Of a stretch of 64,000 bases of DNA, positions 49,692 through 62,475 are shown piece by piece. The notes under the pieces were generated by a model that saw only the letters and a list, made by a program, of their open reading frames with translations, was not told the origin of the DNA and ran no database searches. The DNA comes from Chara braunii (lineage: Eukaryota > Plantae > Charophyceae). Where the stretch lies: assembly GCA_003427395.1 (NCBI GenBank), contig BFEA01000037.1:140956-204955 (forward strand), written 5' to 3'. The stretch's first letter is position 1. Every line of letters begins with the position of its first letter. The translations under genes were made by a program, and so were the position numbers.

Positions 49692-52596
49692 TTAACGAGC
49701 TCGACAATTAACTTATAGCACTACGGAGCTCGTGGGAGAAGAAAACTAAGTCTAATGGTGAACTAATGATCGCGGATATTGAGATTGCGCACACGTGAGT
49801 AGGTGCCCCGATAGATCTAGAATCGACGCAGTCTTACATCTCAGAAAAGGCAATTCGAAAATTGCATCTGGGAATAAAGGTAAAAGACTTACCTAGACCT
49901 ATCGCGTCTATATTGGTTGATAAGAGCACGATCATTGTCTCTCAATACGTCGATCGTGTTAAGTGTTATTTCAGGACCAAGGAAGGTAGGAAGATTATGC
50001 ACGAGATATCCTTCCTTATAGAGAAGAATTTACCCTTTGATATGATTCTGGGAATGGATTGGCATGAAGAAGCCGACCCAGAGGTCAAGCTCAAGGATAA
50101 AATTGTCAAACTCAAGGACGAGAAGTTTGAACTTCGACCACTCAAGTTATATCTTAGGTCTGGCTCTGACTCTACTCTGTCTTTCTGTTGTACGAGTTAC
50201 CCAACTTTTCGTTTTATGGTAGTAAAAAAGAAGTTGGATCAGGAGGTGATGATGACGCTTGTCAAGCGAGTTTGTGAGTGTTCCTCATCCTATCCACCTT
50301 CTGTCAATAAACTTCTTGACGAGTATAAGGACTTGCAAACTGAGCCGACAGGAATCACTAGCGTGCTATTAAGCACACAATCGAGATCATTCCCGACAGC
50401 AAGATTCCCAAGGGTCCCATCCACCAAATGTCTCCCAGGGAACTTGAGGAACTTTGAAAGCAGTTGCAAGAACTTACTGACAAGAAATAGATTCGCCTTA
50501 GCCCATCTCCTTATGGTGCGCCTATCTTATTCGTGCCCAAAAAGGAAGGTGAACTTCGTTTATGTATTGACTACCGCGGGATGAATTTCGTCACTGTTAA
50601 AACCGCGGAACCTCTTCCGCGCATTGACGATCTATTGGATCAATTGCAAGGGTGTAGATACTTTAGCAAATTTCATCTCAAGTCAGGGGACCACCAGATA
50701 GAAATGGCTCCTGAGGATCAACACAAGACGGCATTCCCAACAAGGTATGGTCACTACGAGTTCGTGGTTATGCCATTCAGATTGACCAACGCACCTATGA
50801 CCTTCCAAAGGTCCATGAATTAGTTGTTTCGACAATGGCTCGATCAATTCATAGTAGTCTATCTCGATGATATTCTAGTGTACAATAAGACACTGGAAGA
50901 TCACGAGAAACACTTACCAATGGTCTTGCAGAAGTTACGTGAGGGCAATTTCAAACTGAATCCGAAAAAGTTTGAGTTTGCTAAGCTTGAAGTCTTGTAC
51001 TTAGGGCATATAGTGAACGAGGAAAGACTAAGGCCTGAAGAAAAGAAGATTACAACAATCAAAGATTGGCCACAACCAAAGACTATATAACCGAACTAAG
51101 ATCTTTTTCGTCAGAAACTTCTCTCTAATAGCTACTCCAATGAGAAGACTACTGAAGAAAAAAATACCTTGGTTGTGGGATAAAGACCGAGTCATCGTTT
51201 AAGAAATTAAAGCATGTTCTGCCTCACTATCCTGTCCTAAAAATGGTTGACCCTTCTCCTCCTTTCATCGTCATCATTGACGCAAGACTATATGGGATTG
51301 GGGTTGTGCTACAGCAAGACAACGACCTGTTGAGTTTATGTCCAGGAGACTTCCGTCACAAAAATTGGCCAAATCCACTTATGAAAGGGAATTGTATGCC
51401 TTAGTTGTTGTACTAGATACCTGGAAGCACTACTTGTTAGGGAGGCATTTCACTGTCTACTCTGACCACTCTACCTTAAACTGGATCAAGACTCAGCCTA
51501 AGCTCTCCCACAAGCTGGTAAGGTGGTCCGCTTTCCTTGACAGCTAGACTTTGAGGTGAAAAACATCAAAGGTAAGTCTAACGTGGTTGCGGATGCTTTG
51601 TCCAAGCGTGCAGATTTTTTTAGAACTATTGTCTGTAATCTCGATATTGAAAGTGAGCTGAAAGAACAAATCCACCAGGGTTATAGGAGTGATCCTATTT
51701 AGAGTCCTATCATTGGAACTCTACAAAAGAACATTGAGTTGTTTCCATAATATCAAATGACTGATGACTTACTCTTCTTATTGGATAAAACCGAAGAACG
51801 ATTGTGTGTTCCTCACTTAGAACCAATCAAGAGTTTAATTATTAGGGAATGTCATGATGTGGAAGGTCACTTTGGTATTAAGAAGACGTATGCCGATGCT
51901 CGTGAACGTTTTGAATGAAAAGGAATGAAAAAAGATGTACTAACGTATGTGCGAACTTGTCTTGTCTGTCAGAGGAACAAGCCCTCACATGAGAATCCGA
52001 TGGGACTATTGAAACCGCTGCCAATTCTAAGTGAGCCAGGTGAGTCTATCTCAATTGACTTTATGAATCTCACTAAGAGTCGAAATGGCAACAATCGGGT
52101 AATGGTCATTGTCGATAGATTCTCCAAGTATGCTATGTTCATTTCTTTGCCAGTTGAAGCTACAACCGACCTCGTCATTCAAAAATTTCAAATGCGATGG
52201 GTCTCCGAGTATGAATTTCCCAAAACCATCGTATCAAAGATGTTCGATTCACCAATCCACAATGGGAGAAGTTGATGGAAGTCTATGGAACCAAGTTGAC
52301 TATGTCGTCAAGCAGACATCATGAAACGAACAACCAAACTGAACAAATGAATCGTTTTTGCCAACAACTTTTGAGAATGTATGTTCGTCCTAACCAAATT
52401 GATTGAGATGAGAATTTGCCAAAAATTGCTAGTGCTTAAAATAATAGTATGCACATACTGTCACAGGTAGAACACCTAACGCACTGCATAAAGGATATAA
52501 GATTAAGTGTCCCGTTGATGCACTAACCAGGGACCGGATTCAAAGGTTACCCCCAGGTACGTGTGAATTCGCAGTTTTGTATGAAGAAGATATTAA

Positions 52597-52762
52597 ACCA
52601 CCAGTACCCTTGGCGTCCGGTTTCGACAAGTCATGGCCAGCACCCAAACTTTTAGGAGGCCAAGCCTGACGTTAATCAATCTGATCGGTGGCCGTCGTTT
52701 CGTTTCGGCCTCCTTAAAGGTCGGAGGCCAAGTATTTTCGAACCGACAAAGGTACTGGTGGT
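52597..52762. mobile_element. 166-bp TTAA-specific MITE, same TIR family as 44979-49691
   Basis: TIR ACCACCAGTACC/GGTACTGGTGGT with TTAA on both sides; a single TTAA at the empty site in the other copy (near 11256); internal inverted repeats. Confidence 0.92.
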
Positions 52763-54946
52763 TTAAGAAGGTGAAGGAAAACATACAAAAGTCCCAACTG
52801 CAAATGATCGAACAAGCTAATAAACATTGTCGACCTTCACAGTTCCAAAAAGGGGACTTTGTTTAGGTTAAGTCTAAAGACTTTTCCTTAGAAGAAAATG
52901 TGTCTGAGAAACTGCTACCTGTCTACTACGGACCTCGGGAAGTGAATGGAGGTGAAAATGGACCTTCCTATCGTATAGATGTACCTCCACATCTAAGGAC
53001 ATACCCTGTCTTTCATGCATCTAAACTGCTACCCAACGTAGAAAGTGATAACTTTCCGCATAGACCATCTCCATTTCCACCCTCTAAGAATGGAGGCTAC
53101 GAAGTTGAAAGGATATTGGAACACGGCTATTTTTCTACAGGTGGCAGAGGACGACCTCAAAAGCAATATAAGGTAAAGTTCAAGTCCCAACCTCCATCTG
53201 AAGCCAAATGGTTTAGTAGGAAAAAACTCCTACCCACTGCTCCTGATATTGTTGTTGCATATGAACGTGGGTTAACTGAGAATTGATGTCATTTCTGCCA
53301 TGGAACTCAAAAACTGGGCCGACAGGAATGCAATAACACATGTCATACATCTCGTGGAATTTGAGGGTCATCTGAGTGCCTACTTGGTTGCCCTCACCCC
53401 AAGCCGAAACAGGGAAAACACCCCACACGAATTCAGGGCCTTGGCGTGTGACAGTTGACTTTAGTCAACTGTCAGTCCACCCAACAGTCAAAGTCCAAAC
53501 GTATCTAGCCCAAGCCGCTGGTCAAGCACACACACTTGTTTGTATGCAGGTACCCAGACAGCATCAGGTCCAAGGGAGAAGTCTGCAACTGTACAATCCG
53601 GGCCTTCAGATGTGAGTCAATCAGGACGACTGTGGGAAAAGCATCGAGGTCAGATAGCCTTGACATCTGCTACTTAAGGCTGGCCTCCAGTGAGTCAAGT
53701 ATTCAGTCTTGCTATGCTGCTTCACGCTGGCTCGACTTTGACCAGACGCTGGCATTATGATGGCTCGACGCTGACAAGACGCTGGTTGTGCGCAGGCGTT
53801 GCGAACAACAGCACAGTGCAGGCAGCATGCTGGCGCTGCTTCTATGCGCCAGGCAATGCTGATGTGGCGCTGCCTCTGGTTTTCATGGCATGCTGATGTG
53901 GCGCTGCCTCTGGTTTACATGCTGATGTGACGCTGTTACTGGTCTACATTGCATACTAACGTGGCGCTACCTCTGGTCTATATTGCATGCTGACGTGGCG
54001 CTACCACTGGTCTACATTGTACGCTGATGTGGGGCATACCACTTGTTTCGACTGCTGACGTGGCATTGTCCACGCTGTCTACATGAGGTGACTGGTTGCG
54101 TGGAGGAGGAAGATCGGGATCCATGGATGAAGGAGGTTGATGTCGTCACTGGAATCTGCTATGTCTTCACGGTCCTCAGGAGAAAAGTGCCACGTGGCAC
54201 TACTGTGTGTGATCAGGGATATACTTATTATCATTGTTGACGTGGAGAGGGAAGAAGCCCAAAGAAGGAGAGGTGTCTAAAGAGATTATTACTGTGTGAT
54301 CTTTCATCTTCTCCTTTGTCAGTTCCCCCTCCACTATCTTCTCGTACTGGTAATGAGATACTGTTTGAAGATATCACTTCACGATTTGGAGACTTCGATG
54401 CAGATGATGAGACTTTGACGACTTCTGAGTATCTGCCAGACTGGGTTCATTACACAACTGTGGAAAAGACTCATTGGTGGAATAGACTACCGCAGAAAAC
54501 ATAGAAAAACTAGAGGCAGAAATATGGTCAAGATGAGGATCACGGTCTTTCACCTCCTGCAACAATAAGTAGAGAGCTCACTCTTCTGAGTGTCAACTGG
54601 AAACTTCAAATCCCTCCTCCCAGTGGGCTTCTGACATAGCAGCACTTGCTCAAATATGAAAGGCTGAACTCTAAATAAGACTCTAATACCAATCATTCTA
54701 TAGATTAGTTTACAAGGCAAACCCTCTTCAATTTCAATAAGTGTAGTCGTCTTGCAAATCCCCCCTCTCTCCTGGTTCACAAATTCAGCGTACGTGTGTC
54801 ACTCAGACATAGCACAGGCAAGGGCGCCAACAAGAGCACCAGAACAGGAAAGCAGATCACAAACATGGCAGCTGGTTGAAGACGTGCAATTGCATCACCG
54901 ACCCAATGTATTCAATTGCACAGGCAGGACGTGGCACAGATTACAA

Positions 54947-55046
<100 letters not shown>

Positions 55047-55309
55047 GCACCCACCACAGACACGAAGTAAAAAAGACATGACATCACCCTGGTCACGTTG
55101 ATTTCCTGTTCTTGGAGATGAATCACTGTCGTAATCGGCAAACGTCTCTCTTCCCTCATCACCCTTCCTAAATACCGACTTCCTTTTAAGTATTTGTCGC
55201 TGGCATCCGAAGACAATCATTAAGATTTTCGCCTTACTGCCCGCAGATCCTGCTAACCTCTTGTATGAACTACCAAATCGGAGCGCAATTGTGTTCCACA
55301 CTCCGCCGG

Positions 55310-56236
55310 CCGATTGGAGAATTTCTCTGCCTTATCGGGAAATAATTTCAAGAGCAAGTAGAGTTGTAATGAGGACAGTCCCGAGAACAATGCTGATCTT
55401 CCCTTGAATGGCCGCGATTCCTGCTTTGCCGGCATCCCTTAACTCTCTCTCCCCTTCTTTCTCGAACAGGCCGGCCTTAACTGCCTGCAGGCCGCTTGTT
55501 AGACAGCTGACCTGCTGATACCCAGCATCCACGATATCCTCAGCAGCCTTGGCAGATCGAAGGCCCTCCTGCCAAACCAGCAGAACTTTACTGTTCTTGG
55601 GAAACCGCACTTCCAGGAAGCAGTCGTTTGGTTTCATGAAGGTCGTTCCGTGCAATGTGCCGGTCATCATCGAGTGCATCTGCCGCTTAGAGTTGTAATG
55701 AGGACAGTCCCGAGAACAATGCTGATCTTCCCTTGAATGGCCGCGATTCCTGCTTTGCCGGCATCCCTTAACTCTCTCTCCCCTTCTTTCTCGAACAGGC
55801 CGGCCTTAACTGCCTGCAGGCCGCTTGTTAGACAGCTGACCTGCTGATACCCAGCATCCACGATATCCTCGGCAGCCTTGGCAGATCGAAGGCCCTCCTG
55901 CCAAACCAGCAGAACTTTACAGTTCTTGGGAAACCGCACTTCGAGGAAGCAGTCGTTTGGTTTCGTGAAGGTCGTTCCGTGCAATGTGCCGGTCATCATC
56001 GAGTGCATCTGCCGCTTACTGATAGTCGCAGGGTCCATATCCCTGTTCTCAACGAAGAAAGGGACATGAACACTATCGTGCAAGTGCGACTGCTGGAACT
56101 GCGTGTTATCACGCACGTCGATCACAGTGTGTGCCCTTGCCTCCTCGAGAGTGACGAAAGCAACGTCCGCCAGCAATACGTCATTTGCCGCACAAACTCC
56201 GGCAGATGGACGTCGCACGTCAGTGACGAACGCCAT
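55310..56236 (-). pseudogene. STR11: Intronless retrocopy of chloroplast rhodanese-like protein STR11 with 329-bp internal duplication
   Basis: VIDVRD..QF..SH...HVP, LLVWQEGLRS (CQEGLRS in STR11), SGLQAVK, AGKAG...IQGKIS.VLGTVL; terminal LFPDKAEKF is out of frame; duplicated units start at 55359 and 55688. Confidence 0.85.
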
Positions 56237-57627
56237 TCGTCATGGCCGAATGACACAGGTGCCGCGCAACAGCCCGGGCAAAGGCGGGAGAAAACACGTG
56301 CTCAGACTTCGGCTCCATCTTCGACTCCATTGCTCCGTCGCCCCTCAGTTGGCCGACGCTGTTGATACCCACGATGATAGCGTACGCCTAGGATGCCGCA
56401 CAACGCCGCTCCGCCGAAAGCTGTGCGGCACCTCGCCAGCTGCGCTTGTTGCCAGCCGTCCCCCTGACAGCCGCCCAATGTTGTCTTCGCCCCCAGATAG
56501 CAGACAGACTTCCTATTCAGCTAGATCCGATTCCACCGGATTCAAGACACGAGATGCGTGCAAGCAAGCTTTCCCTGAGCCCGCCAGCACATCGCCACGA
56601 GCAAGCATTCCAGGTCATCGTCCTTCACTGTGCCGCCACGCAAGCGGCTGAGCGGACAGCCTTGGCAGCAGCGAAGATCGCACAGCACGGCACGACACGT
56701 CACCGCACCAAGCGTTGGAAACCCGAACACTCAGTGGCCGCGCCGAGTAACGTACAGAGCCCACTTTGTGGACGGATGTTCTAGTCTTTATCGATTATTT
56801 CCTTTTCCGTTTTTTTTTCCATTCTCCCTTTCCGAATGTGTGTTTCGGATACGGTGATATGCCCTTATCCTTCCACACAGCAATGCCCACGATGTGGACA
56901 CGTTCCATTGATCCGCGACTTCACTTATTATGCAGACGGCAAGCTACCAGCAGTGCTATACATCTGGGCCAGTTTTCCAATGTGGACTGGTGGGGAAGGC
57001 CCCACTGCACTTGACCGTCCCCGTGATTCCGCCAAGATTCAGCCTAGAAAGTCCAAGAACAAACCCGGGGAACAAAGAAAAAAACAAAAGGCGTTGTATA
57101 CAGAACGTTACCGTGAGGAATCGGATGGCACCTGGCCATAAATGAGTGAATATCATGATCCGATATCCACCGTCAGATTTCCTTAGAAAGTCCCAGGAGA
57201 AACTCCGGTGGGCTCCGCTAGTCACAGGGGTCCTGATAATCATCGGCAGTGTCCACCCCTCACCCGGATTGTTCATTTCCCAACCGTAGATCACGGAGAT
57301 CGATGCACAAAGACAGGGACTGTCTGTCAAGTAGGGGGACATTAGCGCCGGTAACTACTAGGAACGTCGATCACTTCCGTTTCCACTTCCCTTACCCGAG
57401 GTAGCCGACGGGATCCAGGGATAGTTCAGAACTCAACCTTGAAATATCAACGAGGGACTGACAACCCCAGGTAGAATTTCATTCACCTAATCCATGAGGA
57501 TTCGAACTCAGGTCCGTATTTCAACAGTTCATGGCTGAAACAACTGAGCTAGGCACGTTTGTTCTATCTTTTTTTCCCCCTTTCTTCCTTCTCTCCTTCT
57601 CTTCTTTTTTTCCCGTTTCTTTTTTCT

Positions 57628-57686
57628 TCGACAATTTCTCCATTTGTGCGTGTTATCCTTGCGCATGGAGCTTATCTTATGTTTTC
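57628..57686 (-). pseudogene. U6: U6 snRNA 3'-half fragment
   Basis: Minus strand TGCGCAAGGATAACACGCACAAATGGAGAAATTGTCGAA versus plant U6 TGCGCAAGGATGACACGCACAAATCGAGAAATGGTCCAA. Confidence 0.75.
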
Positions 57687-58702
57687 AGACTTGTACTTCA
57701 AACATACCCTACGCATCAAGCACTTCAGCTGTGGAGATTGGCATGGGCCATCACCACTTTACTCACCAAATGTGTGAAATGGAGGGTGAAATTTGAGCTA
57801 GAAGCTGGAAAGGTAAGCCCGCCATGTTTTCTTTCTTGTCACGCCCATCATCTTCGCGCCTCATGTTAACCTCCATGCACTCTTTTAAGTTGCATGGTGT
57901 TCGTGATAACCCTTGGGTCAGTGCCCTGTCTGCGTAAGCTAGGCGGGACCAGCAGGTTTCATTTGTATGGTGCATGTGTGCTTTCACATGAAGCTACCCA
58001 CACATCAAGTGCTTGAGCTCTCGAGTAGGGCGACGAGTACTCGACGTCATCCACTACCCGATTGACTGAGCGTACAAACCGTCAAAAGAGCCATCAGCAA
58101 CTCGTTCAATGTCCAGATAGAACATCCTGACCGAGAAAGCTATCGACTTTAACTCGCCTTATACTGATGCACTGAGGGCGCACCCACACAGTAGACCTTC
58201 CATGAATGTATCTATTGATTGAGAAAGTTGTTGGCATTACCTCGCCTGACTGCGGTTCACTGACGGTGCACCAAACTACTTCCATGGATGTATCTGACAG
58301 CCATTGCCGATTAATTCAGTCGATATAGCCCTATTGAATGGGTACAACATATCCTGGCACGTACGCAGAAGTTCAACTGGGAAACATTTTGATTCACTTT
58401 TCTTAGCGAGCGTTCACGGTAAAGTGGGGTCGAGCCAATTACACAGACACCGCGACTGACTGCACTGTTCGCATAGATGACCGGGCAGACATACATACAC
58501 GCACACACATACATGCAAACCAAGACAAGGAAAGTGGACACAGCACCAGACACAGCATTCGCCTTAGAAAGGCAAGACAAAAAAGGCATTCATTCCAGCA
58601 GGTCTTCTTGCAACCCACCCTACCACCCATAACACGAGCACCACTTGCTGAACCCCTGGAAGTGCTGCGACATACAACAATCGCCCCCTACTGACGACTG
58701 TC

Positions 58703-58772
<70 letters not shown>

Positions 58773-58919
58773 NNNNNNNNNNNNNNNNNNNNNNNNNCCC
58801 CCCCCTCCCCGCTGGATCCCTTTGCGGAGAAAGGGCACAGAGAAAATAGGCTGGTTCACTCTCTTTTGAAAAAGGGACCGATGGATCTCTAGCATTCCAA
58901 CATCGTGAAAGCCCTTTCC

Positions 58920-58987
58920 GTCCGCCGCGACATCCGTCAAAAACAGGACAATACAGAGAAGATGCGCAAGCCCACTGCGCAAGGATG
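58920..58987 (+). pseudogene. U6: U6 snRNA 5'/central fragment
   Basis: GACATCCG...ATACAGAGAAGAT...CTGCGCAAGGATG with U6 spacing, including the ACAGAGA box. Confidence 0.75.
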
Positions 58988-59404
58988 TTTCGACAATCAT
59001 GTTCCCCGTACCGGGTGTGCGTGAGGCATTCCTTGTTCCTTGAACTTTTCGACGCCCTGCGACACGCTTCTTGTTTTTTTCCTCGGGGTTATTACAGGCA
59101 GGTCGTGGTTAGGAAAGCACGACACATTGCAGGTGAATATACATCACCAGAGCAGTATTGAAAAATAGAAGAATCAGCGGAAAACAGAGGAGAAAAGTGT
59201 CGCATTTTGGGGGCCCAGGCCAGTACGGCGGGGTGCAGTTGAACAGAAAGAGAAGCCTAAAGACCGGTCAACAGGAAATGCAACTATCCATGCCCCGACG
59301 TCATCATCCGGACATGAATGCACTTCTCAGTCTATGGACAGTGGATCGCCAATCGCCATCTAAGGTTGATTCAAAATTTCCGTCCAAGTTAGAACGATGA
59401 CACA

Positions 59405-59447
<43 letters not shown>

Positions 59448-59717
59448 CCACCACGATCATCTTCATCGTCGTCGTCATCAGCAGCAGCAACAGCAGCAGC
59501 ACCATCACGATCTCGATGTAGCTACCTCTGCACAGCGCACGTGCCACACAGGCCCCAACAATGAACGACACGTTTCACCCACCTTTCCCCATCGTACAAC
59601 ATTCGTACCTCTGTCTTTTCCACAATTGGGAAGGGCCCGTAACATTACTGTATAATCTGTTCACTGATACTTACATGCGTGTACCTTGTCAGTGACGTGG
59701 GCTGGGTACATACGTAC

Positions 59718-61379
59718 CTTTTCTCTGTACAAGTAGAAGAGAATATAGCCTGCGAAGGGGAACGTGACGACGGACGGTCCCAACCAGTCCGGAACAGTTG
59801 CGTCAGCGACGGTTTTCGCTGCGTCATGAGCGGTGGCAGCGACCACAGGGGTCGATAGCTTGTCTAGTTCCTCAGCAGCTCCGGCGATAGCCTCCGCTAT
59901 TTGCGCCTGCGCCTCCGATGCCAAGGCTGCCGCGGCTCCAGGTTCGGGGTAGATCAATGACCAGAGCAAGGCGGATCCTTCGAACATGAGAGCAACGATG
60001 GCATTCCACATCATCCCCCGATGACGATCGGACTCGGTTTCCTGATAATACTCAGGTTGGTTCTTCAACAGTCCTCGAACTTTCGTCATCCGCGAGACCA
60101 AAACGTGGACGAGACCTCCCCCCCGCGTGTCCAATTCCACTTCCTCGCCCCCTTCTGCTCCTTCGCGCAAACTGATCTCCTCCAAGTCTTTGATGGCTAG
60201 GGCAATACCAGCCCTTTTTCCGATCATTTCTGAATCAACGGCTGCGACCACAACAGGAGGGACAGCGGGCGAACCTGACGACGACAATCGATCGACAATG
60301 CTTCTTTGATGGCCAGCAGCAGCGGCAGCGCGCAGCTCCGTCGCTGCGTCCTGCCAAGAGAAACCGTCATCAACGGCGGCGGACAGCTGCCGCGCCGCGC
60401 CCAAGGACGCTCGGGCGCGCAGCTCGGAAACCTCCACTTGTTCATTCCACTCTGCCTCCTCGTGTGTTTGCGGTTCCGAATGCAGCTGCAGGGCTGCCCG
60501 CCTTCTGTTCTCGCTCTCTCTCTCCCTCCTCGATATCGTCGTCGGCGCCTCCATTGTCCCGACGCCGTCGCGTGTCGTTGATTGGAGATCCGGATCTGTC
60601 CACCAAGCCGTCCACAGATCCTCGGCCGCAGCCAACCCCATTACCAGCGACAGCTTGCCGCCGTCGGCGTCAATCCTCTCTGCATCCTCCATCACGGGCT
60701 CGGTCGGCGACATTCCCCTAGTCCGGGTGGTCGTCAAGCGCAGAGTCGACGAGGCCCATTTCCTGAGCCTTCCTGCCATGTCGGCGAAATCCAGACCTTC
60801 GCACAAGGTTGCCTCCACCCCCTCGCGATCATCCAAATCCGACATATCATCGAGAGAAAGGTTCCAAGCCCTCAGCAACCCCTCTACACCGAGGGCAATC
60901 TCTCTCTCTCCATCATCGGCAAAGGACCCCGCACCTGCCGTAGCTTCGCCACATATGCTCGACCCCGCCTCCAGCCAGCTGTCTGATGGTTGACCCCGGG
61001 AGATAATGGCTCTGCGACCCCGAGGCGATGACAATCCCAGACTTCGAGAGGATGATTGACAAAGTTTACACAGTGCGCACAGTGAAGAGAGGACAGCACC
61101 TCCATTATCGCGACGTGTCACGTAACGATCCATCATCATCGTCCTTGCAGGATCTTCACCCCCAACGCCAACCGTTCTGCCATGGCTGTTCTTGTAGTTA
61201 TCATCTCCAGAATGGCGACGGAGCATCCGGCGCGCACTGACAACCGGCTTCTGATTGAACAGAAGGGCCGACACCGAAGAAGACAAGCCGCAGCACCGGG
61301 GGCCGTGTGCACTGGCGTCAAGCCCACGGAGTCGTTCTGGCAAGACTATCACGTGGCGACATGCTGTGGCCCAGGCCAT
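59718..61379 (-). CDS. Host gene coding exon 1: transit-peptide-like N-terminus, Ala/Glu-rich body, hydrophobic C-terminal segments (possible plastid membrane protein)
   Basis: Longest ORF in the window, GC-rich and uninterrupted; ends PDWLGPSVVTFPFAGYILFYLYREK at donor AAG|GTACGT (phase 0). Confidence 0.8.
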
Positions 61380-61739
61380 CTCTCGAAACTCTTCTCACGT
61401 CCGTCGTCACAGAAGGAGAGATGAACGAGCAGATTACTTTCAAGGACAACAGTCGCAAAGGCAAAAGAAAACCAAAAAAGCAAAATTATCGACGCTGTTT
61501 CAATTGACGCCGAGGGGAAGCAGAATAGAGAAAGAGGAAGGAAGGAGAAGGAGAGTCGAATCGACTCACCAAAGGGGATAAACCATCAAAAGGAACTCCG
61601 ATTGGCGGTCGCCCAAGGTCCAAGGCCCTACGCATACACGTGAAGGTGGCGCAAGCTCGCTTGAACATCGACGCGGAAGCAGAGGAGCCCCTAATCTACT
61701 TGGGGAAATCAAAACGCACAAAACACACAGGCGCGTGCG

Positions 61740-61798
<59 letters not shown>

Positions 61799-62251
61799 AC
61801 ACGCGGATTAACAGGAATAAGTGAAATCATGAAATTATAAGACACGTTGTGATCGGTAGGTTCCCCAACGGTCTGCGTACCCACGTGGCGGAGTTAAACG
61901 ATTCTTCCTCCGCTTTGGTTACTGACAATTAGTAAGGGGGTGAAGAGCGGTGAAGAGTGGAGATCAAGGTCAGCGCTCAGAGGGGTGACGAGGAGCGAAC
62001 ACGGAGAGAATAAGGAGACAGAGGAAGAAAGGAGGTGGGACGCAAGGGAAGCCAACGAATGGCCCGACACAGCACGAAGAACGAACAACGAACGACTCCG
62101 TGATGGCGGCTCTTCGCTGGGTTGGTCATAGCCAATAACGAAACACAATTCCCCCGCCAACGGAAAGGCCATGCGCATCTACAGGAAGCTCCCCGCTAAC
62201 GGTGTGTGAAAGAGAGTCAATCTATACTCGATATTTGACGACCACCCAACC

Positions 62252-62475
62252 GGACCAGTGAGCTATTACGCTTCCTTGAAAGGATGTCTGCTTCCAAGCC
62301 CACCTCCGGGTCGTAATTGCTCGATCACTTCCTTTCCCACAAAGTGATCGCTTTAGGACCTTACCGGACGATCTGGGCTGTTTCACTTTTGAATTTGGAT
62401 CTTAGCACCCAAAGTCTGTCTGCGCGATGCTCAGTTGCAAGTATTCGGAGTTTCCTTGGGGTTGGTCAGCTTTGG
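62252..62475 (-). pseudogene. rrn26: Organellar (most likely mitochondrial 26S) LSU rRNA fragment, NUMT
   Basis: GACCAGTGAGCTATTACGCTT...CTGCTTCCAAGCCCACCTCC...GATCTGGGCTGTTT...TTAGCACCC...GTATTCGGAGTTT is the reverse complement of bacterial-type LSU rRNA around the GTPase centre. Confidence 0.85.

Larger units (their letters stand above)
44807..53286 (+). pseudogene. pol: Family A pol, interrupted by two TTAA elements
   Basis: [50 protein letters not shown] and a C-terminal chromodomain. Confidence 0.92.
40876..54454 (+). mobile_element. Full-length decayed chromodomain Gypsy family A; LTRs 40876-42115 and 53329-54454
   Basis: Matching LTR pair; 4-bp TSD CAAC; PBS-like TGGTATCGAAGC at 42119-42130; gag and pol colinear with the minus-strand copy. 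Confidence 0.93.

Noticed and set aside
59661-59717. C-terminus of the 572-aa ORF
   Set aside because: Probably read-through into the intron after the AAG|GTACGT donor.
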